A DNA stretch of 57,962 nt from Candidatus Nomurabacteria bacterium (GTDB lineage Bacteria > Patescibacteriota > Minisyncoccia > Phycocordibacterales > SBAW01). Of this stretch, positions 51,490-57,962 are shown piece by piece; position 1 is the first letter of the stretch, and every line of letters begins with the position of its first letter. The stretch is taken from the NCBI GenBank assembly GCA_943349675.1, contig CALQZN010000001.1, positions 1-57,962 on the forward strand. The letters are read 5' to 3'. The translations under genes and the position numbers were made by a program. The notes under the pieces are model-generated. The model ran no database searches. It saw only the letters and a list, made by a program, of their open reading frames with translations, and was not told the DNA's origin.

Positions 51490-52005
51490 TTATTGGCGAT
51501 TGTGTAGTTTTTCTACATCCTGCATAAGTTTTTGCAACCCACTTCGAATCTCGTCCAGTGTTTTCTCTTGCCCTGCCTGAGAAGCCTCTTCTGCCTTCTC
51601 GTCTTCAGTCATCTCTTCCACGTCTTCTTGAATCTCGTCGACGTCTTCTTGGATTTCATCAACGTCCTCCTGAATCTCGTCCACATCTTCTTGGATCTCG
51701 TCGATATCTTCTTGAATCTCTTCGATGTCTTGCTCAACATTTTCGATAGTCCGTGTTGTGTAGTTGATGGTCATCTGTATAAAAATCGACAAGTAAATTG
51801 CTTCCAAAGAAACAATGGTGGTCAAAATCAAAAGCATCCGTTCAAATGGCAAAACTCCAAATTGCACCAACAAAAAACTACCCAAAAACAAAAACGTGTG
51901 TAGGACGACAGACTCAAGTGAGCCGACCGCACGTGTAACCCCAAGAGCCAGTTGCTCTATTTGTTCTTTTGGCTCTTTTCGTTTTTCTTTACCTTTTTTA
52001 GCCAT
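51490..52005 (-). CDS. DUF1003-like membrane protein with an acidic heptad coiled coil
   Basis: LTTIVSLEAIYLSIFIQM; about five EIQED(V/I)D repeats. Confidence 0.8.
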   Translation of the reverse strand: MAKKGKEKRKEPKEQIEQLALGVTRAVGSLESVVLHTFLFLGSFLLVQFGVLPFERMLLILTTIVSLEAIYLSIFIQMTINYTTRTIENVEQDIEEIQEDIDEIQEDVDEIQEDVDEIQEDVDEIQEDVEEMTEDEKAEEASQAGQEKTLDEIRSGLQKLMQDVEKLHNRQ

Positions 52006-52064
52006 ACATAAAACACTACCTCAACACTCTCGATTGTACCACCGACCTTTGTGCACGCCGCAAT

Positions 52065-53159
52065 TTATCGCATCGTTTTAAGTTTTTGCTCAACTGCAAA
52101 CCGCTCGACCCCCAACTCAATAAGACGCGTAATGAGGTCAGTATATGAGATACCAGCAGCGCCCCAGAGCCTTGGGTACATACTTACATTCGTAAATCCT
52201 GGCATGGTGTTTATTTCGTTTACAAACAACGTACCCTCTTTCGTATAAAAAAAGTCCACGCGGGCTAGACCCTCACATGAGAGGGTTTTAAATACCAAAG
52301 TAGCGAGACTTCGCAAACGCTCCGTGGCTTCGGTTGGAATGTCGGCAGGTATAATGAGCGACGCACCGTCCTCGTCAATATATTTTGCATCGTATGAGTA
52401 AAATTCGTGATGCGGAATAATCTCCCCCACTCCCGAAGCGTCTGGATTTTGGTTGCCAAGCACCGCGCATTCAAGTTCTCTTCCGGCGACAAACTCCTCG
52501 ACAATAATTTTTGTATCAAATTCGAACGCATGCGCCACAGCTTCTTCAAACTCCTGTTTGTTTTTTGCCTTACTCACCCCCACAGATGAACCCAAGTTTG
52601 CTGGTTTTATAAACAAGGGAGTCCCTAGCTCCATAGAAATCTCTACAAAATCAACAACCTCTCCCTGGCGTAAGACTTTAAACTTTGCAATGGGCAGGCC
52701 GGCATCACGCAGCAAGCGCTTCATTACGTCTTTGTCCATCCCCACCGCCGAGCCAAGTACACTGGCCCCTACAAACGGCACGCCGGCCAATTTGAGCAAG
52801 CCTTGGACTGTGCCATCTTCGCCAAACGGCCCGTGAAGTATAGGGAAGACAACATCAACCGCGGGCAGCACACCCGAACGCGAGAGGTTGGTGACTTCAC
52901 CACTACTTTGTGGCACAAGCGCCACACTTTCGTTGCCGAGCGTGTTTAAAGCGATGGTTTTAGGGTCGCTGGTGTTGAGCAAAAACTCTGCCTGGTTAGG
53001 CAACAGCCAATGGCCAGCTTTGTCTATTGCGATAAGGCAAACCTCATATTTATTTTTATCTATCGCGTCAGCAATGTTTTTGGCCGACTGTAGCGACACC
53101 TCGTGCTCGGCCGACTTGCCGCCAAAGAGTATTCCGACCCGTAGCTTTTTACCTTCCAT
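52065..53159 (-). CDS. ddl: D-alanine--D-alanine ligase
   Basis: GGKSAEHEVS, HGPFGEDG, GSSVGV, NEINTMPG, SMYP. Confidence 0.97.
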   Translation of the reverse strand: MEGKKLRVGILFGGKSAEHEVSLQSAKNIADAIDKNKYEVCLIAIDKAGHWLLPNQAEFLLNTSDPKTIALNTLGNESVALVPQSSGEVTNLSRSGVLPAVDVVFPILHGPFGEDGTVQGLLKLAGVPFVGASVLGSAVGMDKDVMKRLLRDAGLPIAKFKVLRQGEVVDFVEISMELGTPLFIKPANLGSSVGVSKAKNKQEFEEAVAHAFEFDTKIIVEEFVAGRELECAVLGNQNPDASGVGEIIPHHEFYSYDAKYIDEDGASLIIPADIPTEATERLRSLATLVFKTLSCEGLARVDFFYTKEGTLFVNEINTMPGFTNVSMYPRLWGAAGISYTDLITRLIELGVERFAVEQKLKTMR

Positions 53160-53203
53160 TACTCCCAATATAACACCAGAGTGATAGAGAGGTTTCGAGC
53201 AGT

Positions 53204-53686
53204 CTAGTGGCTTTCGTACTCGGTGTAGAGCGGCACACCCAGACGCATGGCCTCAAGCCCCGCACGAACGCGAGAACCTATGGTGGGGCGCAGCAGCTTC
53301 AGCGCTTCGTCTTGACTACAAAACTGGTATGCCTCTATTTCTTGTTCTTCCAACACAATGCGGGCAATTTGGGCTGCTCCAAGGACGCCACCAAAAAAGG
53401 TAAACTCGACCGAGTCATATGCTTCCGCTTTGTTGGGGAAATTTCTTTCGTACTGAACTATTAAAAAAGTGAGTTGAGGGATCTCCAGCCCTATTTCCTC
53501 TTTGATTTCGCGGACACATCCGTCGTGGGGAGACTCCAGCGCGTCAATAACACCTCCCGGAACACTCCACCCTTCTCGATAGCTTTGCTTTACAATAAGC
53601 AGCTCATCTTTTTCATTTAAAAATATCGCTGCACAGCCTACATGCCTCTTGGGTAAGGACGCGAGATATTCTGCATATGGCAACAT
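53204..53686 (-). CDS. NUDIX hydrolase
   Basis: PGGVIDALESPHDGCVREIKEEIGL Nudix box. Confidence 0.92.
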   Translation of the reverse strand: MLPYAEYLASLPKRHVGCAAIFLNEKDELLIVKQSYREGWSVPGGVIDALESPHDGCVREIKEEIGLEIPQLTFLIVQYERNFPNKAEAYDSVEFTFFGGVLGAAQIARIVLEEQEIEAYQFCSQDEALKLLRPTIGSRVRAGLEAMRLGVPLYTEYESH

Positions 53687-53722
53687 AGTGCAGATTGTAC
53701 GTTATTTTATCTTTTATTACTC

Positions 53723-53933
53723 TGGGTGACCGATGGGACTCCTTTTTGCCCGTCGGCTCGAATCGTTGCGCATGGCTCACGATATACTCGCCTCCTCCTT
53801 AAAAAGCCTCGGGCCCTCGCTGTTTTGCTACGCAAGCTCGGGTCCCGTTCGATTCCCAAGCAACGCTCGCGTTGCAAAACTACCCAACCTTGCGGCTGGG
53901 TAGTTTTGTCACCGTGGGTGACCGATGGGACTC
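53723..53933 (-). repeat. Structured insert downstream of tRNA-His with a 19-bp duplication of the tRNA 3' end
   Basis: tgggtgaccgatgggactc at 53723 and 53915; inverted T-arm copy at 53847-53857; terminator-like hairpin at 53875-53908. Confidence 0.85.
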
Positions 53934-53989
53934 GAACCCACAACAACTGGTACCACAAACCAGGGCTCTACCATTGAGCTACGGCCACC
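53917..53989 (-). tRNA. tRNA-His(GTG)
   Basis: Cloverleaf with G-1, anticodon arm CTGGT-TTGTGGT-ACCAG, GTTCGAGTC, C73. Confidence 0.96.
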
Positions 53990-54036
53990 ATTGAACGCTT
54001 GTTTTTATACCACAAAAACCACCAAACCGATACTGA

Positions 54037-55026
54037 TCATGCGGTTTGGTTTTTGAGCTCCCGTCTTGAAGAGTAGTATGAGAACGCAATAAACCCAAGA
54101 CCAATACCTGCGGTGATTACCTCGGGCACGTGGACAACAAGTCCCGCAAACATCGCCATTGCAAGCCCAAAAATAGCCCAATGCGCACCGTGCTCGAGGT
54201 ATTTAAGGGTATCGAGTGTTTTTGCACGCACCAAAAAGACAGTGAGTGAGCGGACAAAGTACGCACCGATACCGAGGCCCACTACAATGATTGGTAGCGC
54301 TGTGGTAAGTGCAAAAGCTCCAATGACGCCGTCGAGCGAGAATGCGGAGTCCAGGAGGTTTAGGTACACAAACATCACTGCGCCCGAGCGCACCACATGT
54401 TTTGACTCGACATTGAGCCCATTTGCCACCCCTTCCGTCACTGTAAACAAAATGATTCCGATGAGCCCACTGCGCAAAATAGTTGCCGCCGAGTCGTGCG
54501 AGAAAAACGAAAGTACGACGAGCATAAGCATCGCAAGCGCTGCCTCTATCGCCTCGATACTTCCCCACTTAGCCAAGTACTTTTCAACAACAGCTATCCA
54601 GTGGATAGTTTTGCCAATATCAAAAAAGAATTTAAGCGACACCATCAGCAAGAATGCCCCACCGAATGCTTTTATCGACGCATCTGCACCAAGCAGCAAC
54701 CGCGTATATTCGGCAGGGTCGGTAAAGGCAAGGAGGGTAATGGCTATAGGTGAGACAAATGCGACAATACTTACAATAAGGATTGGGAGTATCAAGCGCG
54801 TCCCTACCACCGAGAGCAAAATACCCCAGGTCAAAAAGCGTCGCTGCCACAGGGCAGGCATTTCTTTAAGTACTTTGGCGTTTACGACCGCGTTGTCGAA
54901 CGACAATGTGACTTCCAAAATAACCAACAACACTGCAAGCAAAAAAGCTGCTGGACCGCCCCACCACAGCACTGCAAGGAGCCCGAGCACCGACGCGACA
55001 GTAGGGGCGATAAAAATTTTGTACAT
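54037..55026 (-). CDS. DUF475 / TerC-family membrane protein
   Basis: LEVTLSFDNAVVNA, FSLDGVIGAFA, YLEHGAHWAI. Confidence 0.92.
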   Translation of the reverse strand: MYKIFIAPTVASVLGLLAVLWWGGPAAFLLAVLLVILEVTLSFDNAVVNAKVLKEMPALWQRRFLTWGILLSVVGTRLILPILIVSIVAFVSPIAITLLAFTDPAEYTRLLLGADASIKAFGGAFLLMVSLKFFFDIGKTIHWIAVVEKYLAKWGSIEAIEAALAMLMLVVLSFFSHDSAATILRSGLIGIILFTVTEGVANGLNVESKHVVRSGAVMFVYLNLLDSAFSLDGVIGAFALTTALPIIVVGLGIGAYFVRSLTVFLVRAKTLDTLKYLEHGAHWAIFGLAMAMFAGLVVHVPEVITAGIGLGFIAFSYYSSRRELKNQTA

Positions 55027-55055
55027 GACAATTATTATAGTTTATTTTGCTTCTG

Positions 55056-55146
55056 GTCACAGATATTTTTCTGCTGAAAAATTCCGCGACCCCGCCTCGA
55101 CGCCGTCGCGTCTGCGGCTCACAAAATGTGTCCCACACATTTTGTG
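55056..55146 (-). repeat. Structured element (copy C) downstream of tRNA-Leu
   Basis: Hairpin at 55120-55146, then AGCCGCA-GACGC/GCGTC-GAGGCGGGGTCGCG...AGCA...TGTGAC. Confidence 0.82.
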
Positions 55147-55226
55147 CCCAGGACTGGACTTGAACCAGCATGTCTTGCGACGTTACCACCTCAAGGTAAT
55201 GGGTCTACCAATTTCCCCACCTGGGC
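55145..55226 (-). tRNA. tRNA-Leu(GAG)
   Basis: GCCCAGG acceptor stem, anticodon arm TTACC-TTGAGGT-GGTAA, long variable arm, GTTCAAGTC. Confidence 0.95.
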
Positions 55227-55235
55227 ATGTTTGTA

Positions 55236-55724
55236 TTATGCGCTAACTTGCTCCTCTTGTGGAGCCTCTGCTGTTGGCTCCTCCACTTCGGACACCTCTT
55301 CTACAACAGCTGCAGGGGCAGCTTTTTCAACCTGGACAGATTTACGCATAGCACGCTTAACGTCGCGAGTAGCCTTCTCGCGGATGAAGTACAGCTTTGC
55401 GCGGCGAGTGCGGGTGCGGCGCAATACTTCAATAGAGTCAATCATGGGCGAGTAAAGTGGGAAGATTTTCTCTACTCCAACACCGCTGGCAACCTTACGA
55501 ACAGTAAACATCGCCCCAGGCTCACTACCGTGTTTAACTGCCAATACCAAGCCTTCAAACGCCTGTTTGCGGTAGTTTTTGGTCACCACCTCTTTTTTGT
55601 TAGCCCCCTTGCTCTTTTTGAGCTCTTCAATTTTTTGCCACACACGCACACTGTCGCCAGCGCGGATACCAAGCGCTGCGCGCTCTTGCATGTTTATAGG
55701 GGTCGTTTGTACGGCTGATTTCAT
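55236..55724 (-). CDS. rplS: 50S ribosomal protein bL19
   Basis: GDSVRV...QAFEGLV...FTVRKVASGVGVEKIFP...RRAKLYFIR. Confidence 0.97.
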   Translation of the reverse strand: MKSAVQTTPINMQERAALGIRAGDSVRVWQKIEELKKSKGANKKEVVTKNYRKQAFEGLVLAVKHGSEPGAMFTVRKVASGVGVEKIFPLYSPMIDSIEVLRRTRTRRAKLYFIREKATRDVKRAMRKSVQVEKAAPAAVVEEVSEVEEPTAEAPQEEQVSA

Positions 55725-55756
55725 ATCAATATAGGTTACAGGACTGTACCACAAGC

Positions 55757-56473
55757 TTAAACGCTTCGCAATTCCTTCTCTGCCTGCACAAAATCGGGCG
55801 GCAGCGGCGCCTCAAATGTCCGCTCACCCCCGCGAGGGATCTTTACAGTGAGGGATAGCGCGTGGAGCGCCAGCCTATCAAACCCCAGTAGGGCTTCGCG
55901 TCTTGATGCATAGAGCCTATCAGCCACGATAGGGCGTTGTATCGCTGCAAAGTGCACACGGATTTGGTGTGTGCGACCAGTTTTTGGAAACACCTCTACA
56001 TAGGTAACTTCCGGAGTACGAGTTATAACCCGGTACATCGTCAGAGCCTCGCGCATAACACCATAGGCATTTTTTGCAGAGCGCGGGCCTGTGCCGCCGC
56101 GCGTGCTGCCAATTGGCTTGTCGATAATACCCCTATCATCTTTAATATTGCCGTATACAAATGCGCGATACACTTTGCGTACCTCTCTTGCCTGAAATTG
56201 ACTCTTTAAAAAATCAAAACTCTCTTGGGTACGGGCAACGATCAAGACCCCCGAAGTTTCGCGGTCAATGCGGTGCACGATACCTGGGCGGTCGATAACC
56301 GTGCCGTCGGCCAAAGTCTGCGGCTCCCCTACCCCCACAATGTCGGGGTACTCGGCAAGTAGCCAGTCGACCAGCGTTGCGCGGTCATGCTTGCCGTCGG
56401 CGTGCACGGCCAGGCCTGCGGGTTTGTTGACGACAATAACCGAGTCATCTTCGTATAGGACGGTGGGTTCCAC
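55757..56473 (-). CDS. RluA/RluD-family pseudouridine synthase
   Basis: NKPAGL, GIVHRIDRETSG, TGRTHQIRVH, LALHA. Confidence 0.95.
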   Translation of the reverse strand: MEPTVLYEDDSVIVVNKPAGLAVHADGKHDRATLVDWLLAEYPDIVGVGEPQTLADGTVIDRPGIVHRIDRETSGVLIVARTQESFDFLKSQFQAREVRKVYRAFVYGNIKDDRGIIDKPIGSTRGGTGPRSAKNAYGVMREALTMYRVITRTPEVTYVEVFPKTGRTHQIRVHFAAIQRPIVADRLYASRREALLGFDRLALHALSLTVKIPRGGERTFEAPLPPDFVQAEKELRSV

Positions 56474-56477
56474 TTTG

Positions 56478-56550
56478 TGCGCGGTGAGGGGCTCGAACCC
56501 CCGACCTTCTCAGTGTAAATGAGTTGCTCTACCAACTGAGCTAACCGCGC
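56478..56550 (-). tRNA. tRNA-Val(TAC)
   Basis: GCGCGGT acceptor stem, anticodon arm CTCA-TTTACAC-TGAG, GTTCGAGCC. Confidence 0.95.
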
Positions 56551-56617
56551 ATCGGCCTTAGGCCGAACCCTACTGTACCCCTATTTGGGGAGGTTTTCAA
56601 TACTTTCAAAATCTCAT

Positions 56618-56760
56618 GGTCACAAGTATTTTTCCTGACGGAAAAATCTCGCGACCCCGCCTCGCAGTTTATAGAGGAATCGGTCACAGGTTCCAGCCTG
56701 CTGGCTGGCCCCGCGACCCCGCCTCACTCGCCTACGCTCGCTCCGGCCTTCGATTCCTCG
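56618..56760 (-). repeat. Two tandem structured elements (copy D complete, copy E partial) downstream of tRNA-Arg
   Basis: GAGGCGGGGTCGCG...TGTGACC occurs twice; inverted (56749-56760) and direct (56674-56682) copies of the tRNA T-arm flank copy D. Confidence 0.85.
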
Positions 56761-56772
56761 TAGTACCTCCAG

Positions 56773-56815
56773 CAACAAGACAAAACCGCACAATAGGTGC
56801 GGTTTTGTCTTGTTG
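56773..56815 (-). terminator. 19-bp-stem hairpin directly after tRNA-Arg
   Basis: caacaagacaaaaccgcac-aatag-gtgcggttttgtcttgttg. Confidence 0.75.
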
Positions 56816-56817
56816 GG

Positions 56818-56889
56818 TGCCCCCGCGAGGAATCGAACCTCGAATAACGGCTTAGAAGTCCGCAGTTATATCCGTTTAACTACAGGGGC
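56818..56889 (-). tRNA. tRNA-Arg(TCT)
   Basis: GCCCCTG acceptor stem, anticodon loop CTTCTAA, T-arm CGAGG-TTCGATT-CCTCG. Confidence 0.93.
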
Positions 56890-56901
56890 TACCCGGGCAT
56901 A

Positions 56902-57525
56902 TTACCCTAAAAACGGCAAGATACACCACCACACTATCGCGTACAGCACGCCAAGCGCCAACACAGCACCACCAAACCACAAAAAGTACCGGTCGACGAT
57001 GTCGATCACATGTTTGCCATAGCGGCCTGTAAGATACAAAAGCGCGGCCATCCGAGCCCCCCGCCCCACAAAATGCCCCGCAATAAAGAGGAAGAAATTA
57101 ACTTGTAGAAAACCTGCTGCGTAAATAAAGAGCTTGTCTGGCACTGGGGTAAACGATGTTGTGACCATCGTCAAAAATATATGCGAACCAAAGAGATGCT
57201 GTGCGGCCAAAAACGCATGTTGCATCGCATCGCTACGCAACAACAACGGGCCCAGCTGTGTAAATAGAAAGTACGCTATGAAGTAACTAACTATTGCCCC
57301 AGCAATTGATGCAGTTAGGGCGATTGCCAAGTACGCCTTCCACCGCTTAGGGTGCGCCAGCATAAGCGCCACCATAAAAATCTCTGGTGCGATTGGTAAA
57401 AAAATAGTATCAAAGAAGGCAATAATCCCGAGCCATCCCAACGCATGCTTACTTTCTGCATGCCGCACAAACCACTGCCATAACTGGTTCCGATGTGTGG
57501 CTAAACGGGCAAAAAGCAGCTTCAT
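56902..57525 (-). CDS. YqaA/DedA (VTT domain) membrane protein
   Basis: AFFDTIFLPIAPE, FTPVPDKLF, GRGARM. Confidence 0.88.
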   Translation of the reverse strand: MKLLFARLATHRNQLWQWFVRHAESKHALGWLGIIAFFDTIFLPIAPEIFMVALMLAHPKRWKAYLAIALTASIAGAIVSYFIAYFLFTQLGPLLLRSDAMQHAFLAAQHLFGSHIFLTMVTTSFTPVPDKLFIYAAGFLQVNFFLFIAGHFVGRGARMAALLYLTGRYGKHVIDIVDRYFLWFGGAVLALGVLYAIVWWCILPFLG

Positions 57526-57534
57526 AGTACAAAA

Positions 57535-57864
57535 TTATCTCGCAGCAGAGCCCGGAGGTGCCGCAGATTCAAACAAATGTAGTGGCTCACCATCATCCCC
57601 GCCCGCCGCCAATATCATCGCCTGACTCTCGAGCCCCATCATAGTGCGCGGCGCTAGGTTAGTCACAAACGCACATTTCTTCCCCACCAAAGTAGTTGTG
57701 TCAGGAAAATGTTTTGCAATACCCGAAACCACTTGGCGTTTTTCTGTCCCAAAGTTTACTTCCAAACGCAGCAATTTTTCTGACCCAGCAACAGGCTCGG
57801 CCAGCATAATTTCGCCAACGCGAATTTCTACTTTTTTAAAATCATCAATTGAAATAGGTTCCAT
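57535..57864 (-). CDS. Stand-alone tRNA-binding OB-fold protein (MetRS C-terminal / Trbp111-like)
   Basis: ISIDDFKKVEIRVG...SEKLL...RQVVSGIA...NLAPRTMMGLESQAMIL. Confidence 0.92.
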   Translation of the reverse strand: MEPISIDDFKKVEIRVGEIMLAEPVAGSEKLLRLEVNFGTEKRQVVSGIAKHFPDTTTLVGKKCAFVTNLAPRTMMGLESQAMILAAGGDDGEPLHLFESAAPPGSAAR

Positions 57865-57898
57865 ATACTGTTTAGAGGAAATAGAAGCAAATAGAGTA

Positions 57899-57962
57899 TC
57901 GACGGAGTCTTTCGCAGCGCGGCGGCGCGAGAACGAGCAAATTTTTAGCAAAAAATTATGCG
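57899..57962 (+). repeat. Divergent structured-element copy F, cut by the window edge
   Basis: GCAAATTTTTAGCAAAAAATTATGCG matches the AGCA-loop hairpin of copy A (GCAAATTTCTAGCAAGAAATTATGTG). Confidence 0.55.

Noticed and set aside
51620..51724. CRISPR array
   Set aside because: Contiguous in-frame coding repeats with no spacers; no cas genes anywhere in the window.
53723..53933. Prophage or integrative island between tRNA-His direct repeats
   Set aside because: Only about 170 bp lie between the repeats and there is no integrase; treated as a small structured insert.
54113..55246. 377-aa + strand ORF and similar long antisense ORFs (17070-17843, 19059-19721, 36562-37257)
   Set aside because: Shadow frames opposite well-supported genes (DUF475, ftsK, recA, ileS).

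Overview
Chromosomal segment of a Patescibacteria/CPR bacterium. Parcubacteria-type is inferred from gene content: alpha2-type GlyRS, split MetRS, IleRS with an inserted domain, no rplA beside rplK or rplJ, a 23S intron, type IV pilin clusters and leaderless-type promoters. Most genes are on the minus strand. Contents: a stand-alone 23S-5S rRNA unit with its own promoter and a 301-nt group I intron at E. coli-equivalent position 2593; ribosomal protein and translation genes; four tRNAs (His, Leu, Val, Arg); ftsK, recA and recO; a surface-protein region around a RAYT-like Y1 transposase; a type IV pilus cluster; and a nucleotide/folate cluster. Three highlights. (1) The thymidylate synthase homolog has Asp at the Asn177-equivalent specificity position, and the adjacent Dcd homolog has Pro in place of the catalytic Glu. 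They cluster with DHFR, GlyA, a dCMP-type deaminase, a Tmk-like kinase and a MazG-like pyrophosphatase, suggesting a methylate-first (dCMP -> 5-methyl-dCMP -> dTMP) route or a 5mC nucleotide pathway. (2) A family of covarying three-way-junction elements sits at the 3' ends of rplL, rplK and tRNA genes, with a closing stem copied from each host gene. (3) Three REP-like palindromes are each bracketed by inverted DnaA boxes exactly 37 bp apart, and one copy has a flipped core. All alignments and folds were done by eye; no searches were run.
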